From Tubiluchus corallicola (taxonomy: Eukaryota > Animalia > Priapulida), in NCBI GenBank assembly GCA_030141605.1, contig JAQGDQ010000059.1, positions 372,001 to 436,000 of the forward strand: a stretch of 64,000 nucleotides of DNA, in the 5' to 3' direction. The position numbers and the translations under genes were made by a program. The notes below the pieces were generated by a model, which made no database searches, was not told where the DNA came from, and saw nothing but the letters and a program-made list of their open reading frames with translations. Positions 12,839 through 27,800 of this stretch are shown here, in pieces (the stretch's first letter is position 1; each line of letters opens with the position of its first letter).

Positions 12839-14688
12839 GTAACCATGTGACTGACTGTCTGACACTGTATAACATACAATTCGATAATGAAACACCATTG
12901 CTAAAATTTATGGCATGTTACAAATTGCAGTGTTCGGGTCATACACTCAGTTGGTTAAGTCATTCATCGTAAGGAATTATCGTTGATAATGATGACCCAA
13001 CATTAACACTATCAGGCCTTGTCTCTGAATACTGTATTTTAATTTGCAGTGTACCATGCTACTGCATAAAAACCCATTTCAACTTTCAAGTTATTCTTGG
13101 AACCAAATAATAACGAAGGGCAAGCTGACGGTCAGAGACTAAGAATGGGACGACAAACTACGAGGGAACAATTGTTTCTCTGGCAATGCAACAAACACGC
13201 AGAAAAAACTACATATAGGTGTTTACATAGCACTTTGTTATGTGGTTTTGCACATTTACAAATACATACAGCTAGTTAGTTCTATGTTGGATCTACAAGC
13301 TTAATTGCCACAAATGGCTTTTAATTATGCATAATTACGTGATGTAATTATTGTCTACATTACTGAGTCTACTATCACAAATACAGCAAAGCAAGTAATA
13401 CTAATAAAGCACTTGTACATCACATGTATTATACATAATAAGATAACATAACTTCTAAGTAAAACTGATTAACCTGGCACAAAAAGGACATACTGCCAAC
13501 AGCAGCACAGTAAACACAGACCTGTGATGCTGCCATAAATACAAAGTATAGCTAATTTCCAACAAGTGAGAAGTATGCAAATGTCTTCTATATCTTAAAT
13601 ACAATTGCCTTCTAGCATTGAATACAAAGACCTCTACTTGCTGAACATAAATAATGATAAAGATTATAGCTGCTCAATGTGTATAATAACAACAGTATTA
13701 CAGAGCTAAATTATTATGCAGTAGCAGAGTATATGCTCATAACATTCAAAAATAAATATATTTTATAATATAGATAACTAGCCAATTTTTAATTGTCTGT
13801 TAACACACATGAGCTTCCTAGTTTTGCGTCCTTATAATTGGTACCAGCTAGAGTGATTTTGCTCTACTACAACTGTAACACAAGCTTAGTAAAATATTAC
13901 CAACTACTTGCAGTGTATGGTATACATAAGAGCATTTGTAATAAGATATAATGTACAACATACTGATATGCACATGCAAAAATTGCATATTGCCACAAAC
14001 ATCAGAAAGTAAAGAAAAAGTTTTACGTAGTGTCAAAATGTAACTATTAACATAAATGTAATTATAATATTTGCTAAAAATAAATTTTGCCATTTGAATG
14101 AAAAATTCAACGTTAGTGTACTTGATGGCAGTTGATGATGGAAGGGCTGATTGCTTTAACTAAAAGATTAATGACATTTCAAAAGTACAGCATACAGCCA
14201 ATGGCTCATCAGAAACATTACCATTAAATGCATTTCTTGTCATTACACAGTCAAAAAGCATCATCATCATTACAGCCACACACACACAACAATGACATTT
14301 TACTATGATTATATTCTAGAACGAGGCAAACGGCTATGCGCTTAGTAAAAGACAAGTACTATACAGGCAAATCGTGGTAAATATTCTTTTCAGGAGAAAC
14401 AATTTTTTTCGAATTAAGAGCTTGTAGTGTAGAATGAAGAATTGCCCTAGGTATTTCAAGGTCTTAAAAGTGTGATCATTACAGACAGTATCAAAACAAT
14501 TATGATTACCAGTTATATATAAACATGTTTACTTTTAACAGTGTTCCATAATACTGACATTGCTGAAATAATGGTATTAGATAGTCTTTGTCACTACTTT
14601 GTAAACTGGACCAAAAGATTTCAGAAGATAGTTTTCACCAAATTAATAGGTCATCCATTATTATAAAGAACAATTAAAAAATGAAATA

Positions 14689-15650
14689 CAGTAGGCGCTG
14701 CTCAACAGACTCACTGTTAATAGACTCAATCGCTTAATTGACTCAAAAATGCAGGAACGGGCCGCTTCTATTCAAGTATACATAAAAACTGTCGGAAATT
14801 GACTCAAATAATTCCGCGTAATTGACTCAATATTTTTCCTTCACCTACTTAAAATAAGATATTTGTATGTGCCAAAAGTCTTTCCTACTTTCGTGTCATC
14901 TTTACTTCCTTTTTGTGCACTATGTGTGCAGAAACAATCATGTTAAGTACTGTTTTGTTTATAAACAGGCATGTTATCATACACTAATACGCTAGCGTAG
15001 CGGTTTTGCTTTGAATGTGTTACCGTCTTGCCCACTGTTACCCAGAGAATTTCGGAAGCTAAACATTTAATCACTTGCCTAGCGGTTCCTTTTGATGCTC
15101 TCATTGCAAATGAGTTAACAGTCAGAAATGCAGGTACAGTAATCAGCTGGTATTCCTTGCGACTTACAAGAGTAAAAATCGTACAGCAAATAAGGGCAAT
15201 GTGACTGAGTAGACAATTCAAACTGTTTTAGTCACACACAACAACAGATTTTCAACGTTTTTATAATTACGAGAACTTTGGGGGCCAGCTTCTTCGCGAG
15301 AAAATGAAGCAGCCGACTTTGAAGGAATTTTTGTAATTTTTGCAAACAAACAGACTTAGAAAAGTCTGTGATTTAGAAAAGTATAGTATATTTTTTAATT
15401 TATTGGTAATTCACTTATATAAATTAATATTTTAAAATATTTTTTCTAATTTTTAACTGTACAAAGGAATTTAGGCATTACTTCATTTCTAAAATTCATT
15501 AAAAACCTTTACAGTGCATAGTAAGCATAGTAAGGTGATGACTTATACTTCTATACCTGTAATACTACACCCATCGGTTAATAGGTTCAGTCGGTTAATT
15601 GGGTCAAAACACATCAGTCCCAAAGTGAGTCTATTAAGCGGCACCTACTG
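14689..15650 (+). mobile_element. pogo/Tigger-like (Tc1/mariner superfamily) non-autonomous element, 962 bp, complete ends
   Basis: TA dinucleotide on both sides. Left TIR CAGTAGGCGCTGCTCAACAGACTCAC versus reverse-complemented right TIR CAGTAGGTGCCGCTTAATAGACTCAC. Repeated (T)TGACTCAA subterminal motifs. Homologous to 38456-39240. Confidence 0.88.
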
Positions 15651-15803
15651 TACTGCTTACAGACTACAGTAGGCAGTACAAAAATGTGAACCAAAACTAA
15701 CTGAATTGCTGGAGTTATTGCTCATGCAAACGAAATAAGATGTAGTAGAGACTGTAACGACTCAAGGCCATTATACTGACAGAGATGTGGTAAAGTAATT
15801 TTG

Positions 15804-18800
15804 CTATAAGGCAGTGCTAACAGGTCTCTCCAGCCTGTCAGGATCATTATTTGCCATATTACTAAAATCTTTGAACACATCAGTAAATGTTTGATCACCA
15901 GGATTACCGTATCCTTCTGTTTCTCGCATTTCTTCATTAAGCTTTGCCAACCGCAGCATTGTCACGATGTCAGCATTAGTTGTACTGAGTGCAATAGACA
16001 ACGCATCCTGTCCATCGACTGTCATATTATGAAGGTTAGCCCCACGCTTGATTAACTGGCAAACTTGCCTGAAAGTATAAAAGAATATAATATAAAAGAT
16101 AGTACACATGTCTTATTAGAACTGAAATTTTACGTTTTGAAGAAAACTTCTTATTGCAAAGATCATATTATGTATCTATAAAATGTCCAAAGCATTAAAA
16201 ATATTTAAAACTGTAAAAATTATCAGTTACAAAGAGAATATACCAATTATGCAGAGTAGCAAACAGAAGGCTTTACATACTGCAGTAATGGCAAAAAGTA
16301 TTCGTGTATGACAGACCATCTACGTTAGAATTTGAATATAAGGAATAAATGAAAAACAACTGTGCTCTTTTATTGGTCTAACAGCGCTGATCAACTTTTT
16401 CAATTTTTTAGAGCAGGGTGATGACATATTTCTTGCATGTGGCGTAATACTTGAATGAGCAGAACAGTTAGTAGATTATATTGAGTGAAGCTGATTTTAT
16501 TATCAGGTTCAGCAAGTTTATAGGCAGCTAAAAAATTAAAGTACTGTCGCAAGAGAATAGTGGTAATTTGATTTATCCTTGCCAAAAAATTTGAGCTTAC
16601 CCTGTGTGACTGAGGGCTGTTGCTACATGCAGCGCTGTCTGGCCACGATTGTCTTTGTTGTCTATCTTTGCACCATTGAGAAGAAGGAATTCTGTGGCTG
16701 CTATGGACCCCTAAAAACAGAAACAAAAATTCACAGAAAAAGCAGCTAATTAAAAAACAGCTAAATTAAATAACTGGACCTAAATAAGCTAAGGTATTTT
16801 TATCCAGGACCAGCCTTGGGAGACGTGAAACAATTTTGGTGGTTCCAAGTTCCAGCAGTTCCGCATAGCAAGTATTACATTCTCTGGTTCAACAAAGGTC
16901 TGTAGAATCATAATCAGTGCCATACCACTAGGCCAACATGCTTTTCCACAAAGAACCGAACGTGAATTACTCTACTCTCCAGCAAAGGCCTCCTGAGGCG
17001 TGGGGCCCAATTGGGAGAAACTGGTCAAAATGGTTTAAGGCTGGCCCTGTTTTCACCCACAAATAAGCACCACATCCAGCAGCAAACAACTTATCATAGT
17101 AACAAGCATTTGTATGAATAAATACTATTCGTCTCCAAAGTAACTTATATCTTAAATAAAATACAGAAGTTTAAGAGCCAGTATGATGAAATGAAGACAT
17201 GTAACACAATGCAAATTTAGTTAAGTATACTTTTGCTAATGTATATTTTTCCGGCAGCAAACTTAAGAAAAAGCAAATGCCAATATGTACTCACACTGTG
17301 CACAGCTTGGTGCAACGCAAGTTGCCCATCTTCGTCTGAGTTTACCCAGTTAACTTTAGCACCATAAGAAATCGCCTCTAGCATAACGGGAAGATTTCTA
17401 GAAGCTGCTGCTCTGTATAGCAGCAGTTCCGGTGTAAGACTAGAAAGGTTGTCAATATGAGTAGGTTCAGTGGGGTCATCCAGCAAATGGCCGTAGCTGT
17501 TTATGGACTCAGTTGAACTGCTGTCCCCTTCGAAATCTGCCCAGTAACCAGAAAAATGTCACTGCACGACATACTTAGCTTTAAAAACGATTCAATGACT
17601 TTCACTCTGGCACTGACATGTTTACATTAAGAAATGCGAAAACAAACATAGAGAGTTATGTCAATCATTGCAGTAATATGATTTTGTGCTACTTGCAAGA
17701 GCTTATTACAAAATAGCTTAAAACAATTTCAACATTATAAACTGCTCAATACAATTTGATGAAATATATTTTTAGTGAAATAATTAGTAATCTCATCATT
17801 TCATTTAGCTTAGTGCTGCTCTGTTTCATATCGCAAGGAAACCAGTGCCTCAGTGAGCTTTGTAAGTAGCACTTACTAGGCCCTAGATGATATGTATCTT
17901 GTGGATTACCAAACACCAGAATCTCGAAGCTATCACCAATTTGCGTAGAACTGGGAACACGATTGTTTGTATCATTCTCTGTCACCTCGGCCAAATTGTG
18001 CACTGCAGAATCAGTCGTTTCTACCAGATTACAAATAGAAAACATTATTAGTCAAGAGTTATCAGAGCATTTTGAAAACATTGCCACGTAGTCTTTACGG
18101 CACTATGTAAGTTGATACATAAATTTTAGGATAATTCAGCTTTAAAATTTATTTATAGTTACTATTATCATTATTTATCAATACAGTGATAATGGTGATA
18201 ATGATCATAATACAAAAATAAATATTATTATTATTATTGTATTGTGAATGTCCTCATTGTCGGAGCAGTATCGGTTTTCACGTTTTTTGTGTTGTTCTTC
18301 CTTTTCTCCTTTTCATCAATCCTTCTCTTTCTTTTTTCCGTTCCTTCTCGAGGTGGTCTTCTCGAGCTGTACTGCCATCTCCAAGTCCCTCAGCCACATA
18401 ATATCAATATATGTAATTTAAATTAAGCTACAAATTTTTTTTGAAATTCACAAATCTGTATTTGCTCAAATGTTATATATTATGTAGGCTAAATAAACCT
18501 TGAAATCTTAACTATCAAATTAAATCAGCATGCTAAAAATAAATTAACGTTGTAATGTGAAATTATATATAAGTTAGCAGAATCTTGTATCTAATATATT
18601 TAACATCTACGGTCATCAATCAAAGTTAAGTGATATGAAACCACAAAGCATAAATACTTAGTTTGTCTATTCACCTTAAATTTGCACAAACTTTATAAAC
18701 AACGTGCAGCAAACACTTTGCTGTTTTAAAATAAGCATTAAAAAGTATAAAAATGTCAAAGTGTCTTTCAAACTCAGCTTAAATAATACTTCTAGCTTGA

Positions 18801-21800
18801 TTAATACTTCTAATTTTGTCAAATGACAATATCGGCTTAGTTCTACCTTACATTTCGAAACATTTCATAACATACTTTCAGAGCTTTGCTGTGTAAGACT
18901 ATCACTGCTACACTTCTTTAGACCCTCAAGAGTTAATCCCAGCTTTGCACCTTCCTCAGTTTGTATCATATTCCGATACCTGGGGTATTTTCTTACACTC
19001 CAACTTTTCACAAAGTTACCTGGACTCTTTGGTAAAGGCTTGACAAAACTTCTGTCCATGTACTTTGCTTTTATCCAAGCTTCTCTCACACCTCTGCAAG
19101 TAGGTAACAATTATAACAAATTTTTTTACCACTCAGGAAAGACTGATTCTCAACAGATAAGTTACGCTGTACAAAAACAATAATTATGCTATTGTTATTA
19201 TCACAGTCACTGTCATTAGCATGGTTAGCACTAATAAATAAATTTGAGATGGTAAAGTGCTGCTAACCTTCACATGTGTGACCTTCACATCAATTTTTTG
19301 ACACAGGAATAACTATTATATCTTTGTAACAATTCCTATGTGATAGTTACCTGTAAGCTAACCGTTACTACAGACAAAAGCAAAATTTCTGCCAAACTTG
19401 GTTTTATTTTGATCATTAGTTATTTTTAAGTTGTGTAGTTGCTATGTGATGACAATTTTTGATCCGTCAAAATCAAAAAACTCATTCAGAAATCAGAGTT
19501 TCTTGAGCATGACAGAAACAACCCCTCTGGTTGTTTATTTACTTTAATTATCAATTCCGTAGACAACTTGATGACAGGTGGGTGAGCAACCAGGCAGATA
19601 ATAGCTCTGCTGTTAATGATCAGTAATTAGCGAATATCTGGAATTTTTATGAACGACAACACACTCAATTATTGTAACTAAAAGATAAAACCTGTCCCGA
19701 TGATCCAGTAAGGTTACAAACCATTTTGCATACTAGAAACTTTTACCTCTCACAATCAGGTGTTGCTCTAATTATCAGTTTTTCACTTGAGCAAGCTTCG
19801 TAGATTTTATTGATCACATTGTTACCAAGTTCACTCATAACCTTGAGCAGTTCTGGCTCCCAGGCATCTAATGTTAATGAACGTACTTTGGAAACATGAA
19901 CACCTAAACTCCTGAAATAGTGTTAAAAGTCGTAAACAAAATTCACATCAGCAATACTTGACTCACTTGAAGCAAAATACATATTTAATTGTTCTAGTTG
20001 CACATGAAAAAAATCATACTCTTTCCCCTTTCCTGATATGTCTAAAACAAGTGCTTAGAATTTGTGTCTCGTGTTAATTCTCGCATTTCAACATGAAATG
20101 TAACGGCATAGTTTTTTAACACATTAACGCTTGCAAGATGGCATAAATTAGGATTAACATGGTGTAACGGCATTGTTTGTCTTTTATATCCAACAACAAA
20201 AAACTGACATACTTTGATACAAAAGTAAATTGATCAATTCTGTAAACTCACTTGTTTTTTTTAAACCAGTGACTTATAACTGGATTCAGATAAGACTACC
20301 TGTTCACATTATTGCTCTCTTTATAGCAACACTACATACAATAAAAACCTCAAGTTAAAAAAGTATGAATAGTATTTTAATATATGTACAGCACACATGG
20401 CAATACTTAGATGCTTACCTATGTATTCCAGAGCATTCTATGCATAAGGTTATACCAAGGTTAATACTAGCCCACCGGGGGTCTCGGGATCCGCAGTCGG
20501 CACACACTTGATTACCAGTAATAGATGTTATTTTCTGCCACAGGCTATAAAAAATTTATTTCATGTACGTAATACTGTATAAAACAACAAGTGCAAATTT
20601 CAAAAATACATTTTCACAAATTTTAATTTTAGCATTTTAGAGATGTTAATTGTTTTAAGTGAAGAGATTCTGTTAAGCTAAAAGATGTGAGCATTAATAT
20701 TACCCAATTAGATGAGTCATTAATTTCATCATTGATAGTTTCAATGATCTATTGTTTAGTTGTTTATAGCTGATAATTGCAGTTGCAGAAAAGCTAGCTT
20801 AAGAAGCAGCTGGGTAGGTGTTGATACATGTTCATTCACAATGAGTGCACCCAATGTGAAATGACCATCAATTTAAATTGATTTTACTAACTATATCAGG
20901 CACTTATCACAATTTTATTGCACAACTTTCTAATGTTTTTCTCAAACATTAAAATAAACTCAACTACCCCAAGCATCAAAATAAGCTCAATTTCCCAAAA
21001 GCCTTGATTTTTCTTTTGCAATGGGTTTCACCAATGTTAGTGCAAAGCAGTGATGGCTGATCATAGAAAATCCCGATCCTACCCTGATCTTGACTATTGC
21101 TGTCCGATCTCGATGTCTGGCCATGCTGGATTGCCGATTATTCCCGATCCTTTTAAAATTATTGTATCATAGATGTTTTACTTAAACTAGTTTGATTTGT
21201 CTGCTTATTATGATTTTAGTTTTATACCGTTTCAGTTTGGCAAATTGTTTGTTTTGTTCTCAGGCTTACTTTTTGGCTAGAAGTTTTTCTACTAAAGGAA
21301 AACCGGACCTAATCTTAAACTACAGCTCAAAACAACCTGCGCTACAAAATGTTGAAAGGGAACATACTATTTTTTTAAAAAATGACTTATGTAAACGAAT
21401 TATTACTGCAAAAACCCAATTTCATGTTTGCGCGGCTGGTTCTTTGATACTACATGCACTACCATTTGCTAGTTAAATGGACACTAGCATCTCAGAAGCA
21501 CGTTGCACAAAAAAACAGGCACTGTACCCCTCAGTTCATACTTGGTTTAGTTGTGATGTGCTGCACATGCTTGAGAACACATAGGTGAGTTGTAAATTTT
21601 GAAATTTAAATTTTTAAACTTAAAGTTTGTGTATCACACTGAATGTTATCCAGTAGCACTGTTTTCACCGTTGCAAAAGTAAGTAACAAGCAAGAAATGT
21701 TTGTGCTGTTGAAAGTTATGTTCTTAAATAATGTTACCACTAGTTGCAGTTAATTAAGGTTTTAACCTTTAACTTTATCACAAACTTTTGGGCACTATTA

Positions 21801-24800
21801 TAGGTGTTAAAATGCATACTTTCCCCATGCTCCAAAATGAGATAGGAAATGAAAAATCACCTGGTTTTCCTTTAACTTTCACTAGAAAGGTGGCTGATTC
21901 GCTAACCTGAAAGGTTTCTTTAGCCACCGTTTCTCTGCACTTTTTTGTCTATGTACTTGATATTTATTTAAGATAAATAAACTAAAATATGAATCTGAGA
22001 TATGCTGGTATTCTATTAAACTTCTACTACACTTAAAAAAACTATAACATTTATGCAGTAATTCTAAATATTTATCACATATTTTGTACACGAAGAACCG
22101 TGTTTGCTTTCTATACATCTACAACCTATACATACACACATAACACACATCATCAATCTAAAATAGTTTAGAAAAAAAATCTTGACTTTTTTAGATGTAC
22201 CCATAAGGCAGGTGCAGCATTGCATATTTGCAAATACATTATGTAAATGTAAACTGTATTGCATATTTTAAAAAAGATATGAGACAGAAACAAGATATGT
22301 GCAGGTTTTCTTTTCTATGGTAATTACGTCATAGTACCAACAACAATGCTTAATTTCAGAATGTTTTTCGTAAGAAATAGAAGGCAAGCCATGTGTAATT
22401 TTTTAAAAAGAAAAATCTTAGCGCACTGCACAAATTACTAAGCTGTGCTACATGTAAATCAGCAATTAGTGGTAACTACTAGTTACAAGACACGGACTTA
22501 ATGTGTCTCCAAAATGAAATGAGCTGCAGGAAAAAGCAGAAATTAATACCACTAGGGCATGCTCAAGTTTCCTGTTAATTAAATTCACAAAACACAAAAA
22601 TATCAGTAGTCATAATTTATTTTTAAATAGTTTGTCGAAAGTCTGTTTTGTCTGATTTTAGTAAATATGGTCTGTAAACATTATTGTGGACTTTGTTGAT
22701 TACATTGACCAAATTTGTTGATTACATTGACCAAATTTGTTGATTACATTGACCAAACTGTACATTGTGGTTAATTTTTATAACACAACCAACCACTTTA
22801 CCTTTTCGGATTGCTATGGTGTCAACATGGCATCTTCTGCAGTTTACAAATTAGAAATTTATCGTCCTTTTGCAATTGAAAGCAGAGGATTTTGATCTTG
22901 AATTCACTTAAAGGTAATTCAGAAAAATAAGAAAAAGCAAACTCCAGGACTAGGTATATTGCAATCTACTTTTCAACAGAGCAGGTTTGTCATGGTATTT
23001 TCCTCTTTTTTCTGGATTTATGTTAAACTTGTTAACAGGTTTACAGGTAACTATTCGCAAAATCATTAGAAAAAAACAAATACATAAAATACATTACTAT
23101 TTAATCTTTTTTTAAAACAAACAATTAATGATGGAATGAACCATCAACTATTATTATTTTTTAAACGAAATTCGAAAAGGAAGGAAATTGTGATTAAGTG
23201 GTGAGTGAGCCCGAATTAGATGTATTCGTTAATAATTGTGGCATATGTGGAAAGACTCTATTATCAAAGTACTTTGATATCAGATATCATAATAGTATAC
23301 TTTTTGTTAGCAAGTTGATCATTTTTAAAGCTAACACTAACACAGTCCTAAATATGAGCTCAAACTATTTACGGGTACCTGACTCGAGGCAGTGCTGCTG
23401 TCACTGATGATGATGATGATGGTGGTAGTGGCTCCAGCGATGGCGAACTTCCTGAAATGGAAAGTTGACCATTCTGACTACCAAGTGTTTGAGATATTGA
23501 ACTTTCTGAATGAGACATATGCAAAGTATCTCGAAATGCAGCTCCGATGCTTGCTGTCATTGCCGTAATCCAAGTCATACACAATTGCTCATTGTCCGAC
23601 TGCAAAACGTGGCTTCTATAATATGAAAAAGCTGTCACAACTGATGCACATATAAGTTGGACAAACCACTAAACAATTCTCAAACAAAGTATGTGAGCAT
23701 AAATAAAACCACAAAATATTTCTATAAGATTGTTATTTAACAAAATGGGAAACATGTGGATACGATAGAAGATTAAGTGAACATACATTAGTTACAAAAT
23801 AAGAAAAAAATGTACTTTGTTGGCGATACAACTTCAAAACAAAATCTTCGTTCTGTCTCGTTGAGTGGTTTCACTGTGCACAACCTCAGATCTTCCTCCA
23901 TCACAGTCAGATTATCTTTGCAACGTTTACGATAAACCAACTGATTATTCTGAATAATAAACCAACGTCTGAAAAAACAAGGAGATATTAAGGGTTAATA
24001 CTTCAATAATATAAAAAGCAGTTTATTATATATTGTTTCTATCCAAGATCAAACAATTTGACAACAAAGTTAAAATCTAAGCCTGAAATGTTAAGAACTA
24101 CATAGAAAACTAAAAGCATGATGACCTTCAAACTAAGACTGAAAAAGCCATTTACTGAGTGTGCATATAGTATGTTAAAGTCTAACTTGCGTGAAGTAAG
24201 CATTTATGCAATTGTAACAGTATCAATGTTCATATGATAGGTGCTGATCATATAGGTCATCACAATCCTAGACAGAAATCATCTTTATAGTATATATACT
24301 TAAACTTTCTTAGTATTAGAGACAAACCTATGCCATGTTTTGAAAGCATTTGATGTGCGTTTAAACAAATATCCTTCCATGCGCACTCCATGGCCACCAG
24401 GTGTTAGTGGTTGTGAAGTGTTCATTTGTTCTTCCTATAAACAGTTATAAAAATACCCTATTCTACATCTTCTATATAAAACAATTTTTATAAACAATTA
24501 TAAAAATACCCGAAAACTAAGCAGACTAGCCAGACAAAATTAACTACATACAAACAAAGCTCCAAAATAGTAATAATAATTCCACTTTTGATAGACTGTA
24601 TTGTGTGAGTAAATGAATAAATGCACATTAGTTTTCGAACACAAATAAAAAAAATTCATTCAACTCAAAAATGTTCGATTGGTTACACCAATTCTACTTT
24701 TAGCAGTAATTTTTAAGAATACTACCCAGATTTTAAATAAGGATTTAAAGATAGGTTAGTTTTTAAATGGCTAAAAACAAAATGTTCAACTCACTGCAAA

Positions 24801-27800
24801 AATGGGTCTAAAAACGAACATCTCTACACATTTCAGCTACTTTAGTAGCTTTTGTAGAGTGTATTCATTTTGGCAATAAAAAATCTGATAATTAACAATT
24901 ATCATATTACTATTAATAAACTAACAATACATTTACAAAATTTAGAAGCATTTTTTTAGAAGTTATAAATTATTATATTCATGCAGAATGCATGATGGAA
25001 TAAATATAGCATGGAAAAATAAATCAAATTCAAACTACACTTACTTTCTTTTGTACTAAATTGTGCCTCTCTTCCATCCTTCTCTCATCACTCTCCGACT
25101 GACTTCTAAATTCCGTAATCTATAAAATATAATAATCACATTTATTATATATATTATACAATAATAAAGATAACAACAACTATAATGATGATGATGATGA
25201 TGATAATTAGAATCACTACTGATATATCATATATCAGGTAGTACAAAAAGTGCTGAAGTATGACCACAATATTATAAGAAGAAAATAACAGAATCGCTTG
25301 ACAACTACCACACTAATGTTACAAAGATATCTTATAATGTATATTCATGTATATTCATTAAAAAATTTTAGGTCATTTCCTTTGATTTTTCCAAAGAAAC
25401 CAAAGTTTTAAAACAACAGATCAAAAATTAAATCAATTTTGTGTATCACTATTGTTAAAATTTACAGCAGGTGCTCTCAGTGTCCACATTTCATTCGTAA
25501 ACTAGACGAAGTCATTTCTTCCAGCAGCTGAACATAGTTATTCTCTTCTTTAAGGAGTACTGGTCTCACCACTCAAAAATTTTTGCTTTCAGTTCTTCTA
25601 CATCAAATGACTCTATGCAGCTGTCATACACTTTCTCTTTTAAAGGAATTCCAGATGTGGTAGCCAGAGGATCAAGGTCTGGTGATTCTGGGGGCGATTC
25701 ATCTTTATGTATGAATTCTGGTGTGTTTTTTCAAGATAGACCTGTGTTTGCTATCTTGTGTGACACCTAACATATCTTACGGAAAAATGTAGTGTTCCCA
25801 TGGATGCAGTCAATGACTATTTTAATGTAAGCCTCTGATTCACATCAAGAAATTGCAGGCTTTTTCTTCTTTCCAGCTCACACCAGCAGAAATTATTCTT
25901 TTTGTTGTAAACCTTGATACACAATACAGTAATTTTCTTTGAATACAGGATCATTCTGTCTGCTATATGCTACTTCTAGAGAAAAGTCCTTTTCATCCAT
26001 AAAAATGAATCACTCTAAGTACTTCTTGGAATATTTATTATGCACAGGATTTTCTAGATGGACATTCTTTTGTATGACTTTAAGTAATCTCAAAACAAGG
26101 CTCGCGAATGCCAGGTTTTCTTGTAAGAGAGTGTTCTCTTCTACACATTCCTGATTTGCTGGGGTGAATGCTATCCTAAGTCGCCTCCAGAATTTTTTTC
26201 ACAATAACAAATATTTATGTGTGTTTTATCTTAAATGGTGAACACCATGTGATAATCTGGTTGACTATTGCTGTCTTCGTTGTTCTGCCGCCATCCTATT
26301 GAGTGTTTTATGCATCAACACAACTATTTTTCAGATGATGATTAGCTGACACTGTTCTCGCATTTAAATTTTCAACAGGCAAAAGTTTTTAGGCTACTAC
26401 TTATAAACTATTGAAACTATAAACTTGGAATTTTCAAGGCCAAAAAATTAATGTAATGTAATATCATTAAGCTGCAAACTCTAACTTTGCAGAGCACTTG
26501 TTTCTAATATTATTGTAATCTAAACTTCTGCACCTCTCTACACCACTCGATACATTACGGCGTAAAATCAATAAAACACTTTTTTATAATTACAATAAAA
26601 ACCAAGAACAATAAACTGTTACATACAACTCCTACATATAAATGTAAATGGAATTTAAAACAACTAAAACTGCATGTACTAAAATAATACCATTCTCCTT
26701 TTGCCCAGTACCAAACATTTGACTTATTTCCTATTTCACTACGCATCGTGTCAACATCAAAAATATTGTTTTGTAAAATATTTAAATAACGAGTATTTAG
26801 TAGTTGGATACCTTATTCGCTGTACGTCTCATAAATGAATCCACGTGCTCAAACTGATCATACCCTTGATGAAAATACGTCGACTGTGACTGTAGGTAAG
26901 ACAATAACTGAAAACAATGATATGTATCTTACCATAATAGTACGCACTCAGACATCACAGATCTCGGGCAGTGGCAAAGTATTCATAACTACAATACTAA
27001 TATGATGATAACATTCCACTTATAAATGATGTGCAGCTGTAATTTTGCATTTTAGTTACGAAAAAATACATACATAATAAATAAAAGGTGATACATTTTC
27101 TCTTCTAATTTTGACTCTATTATCACTAAAACGTAATGAAATGTTTCTTGACCATAACCTCATTTCCATAAAATTTCAATGGCAAACTGTTACCAGTAAT
27201 TTTTGAGACATCTCACAAACATATAAATTGATGTAATATAACTAAGTTGACAACACGGCTCAGTTAAGCTGACAAGAGGGTATACTAAGCTATTGTACAT
27301 ATACAACATATAAAAGATAATCTATAAATCTGAATGAAGCTATTAATTAGAAATTTCTTCAAACAGTATATTCATTCCGGATTATCACTGCTTAGTTGCA
27401 TTAATAAAATCAAGACTGGTAAAGTCACGAGACTGCAGCACTAGCAATTAATTCAACTTACGATGTCAAGTAGTTCATAACGACGTCGTGAACGAAGTAA
27501 GTTGATTTGGAATGCGTAGTCTAGAGCTGTATGTGAAAAACAAGAATTCATTGCAGTGACTAAACTGTGAGCTTCTTCACATTCTTGCTGTTTACTGCGA
27601 CACGTCTGAGAGTTGCGGACTAGAGCTTGATCTAGATCATCACTGATCTTTTCAAAAACTTTCTTACTCTCCCAAACCTTTGCAATTTCTCTGAAATCAG
27701 AAGTGAAAAGGTTATTCTGATCATATTTCAGACAAACTTTGACTGGCAATTAGAAAGGTTTAGGACTCAGGAAACAAGCAACAGCTAGTTATTCATATTT

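Noticed and set aside
15795-15806. Stop-codon readthrough context after ACAP (TAG CAA)
   Set aside because: The following bases AAT do not fit the CARYYA readthrough motif.
22692-22757. Short direct repeats resembling a CRISPR array
   Set aside because: No spacers, eukaryotic intron, no cas genes; it is a plain minisatellite.
22802-22836. Candidate extra ACAP exon (cag...AAAG/gtaaag)
   Set aside because: 35 nt (32 with the alternative AG) breaks the frame, and exons 12 and 13 already join in phase.
26804-26811. ACAP intron 8 donor GTATCC suggesting a U12-type intron
   Set aside because: It continues AA rather than TT, and there is no TCCTTAAC-type branch site near the acceptor at 25120.
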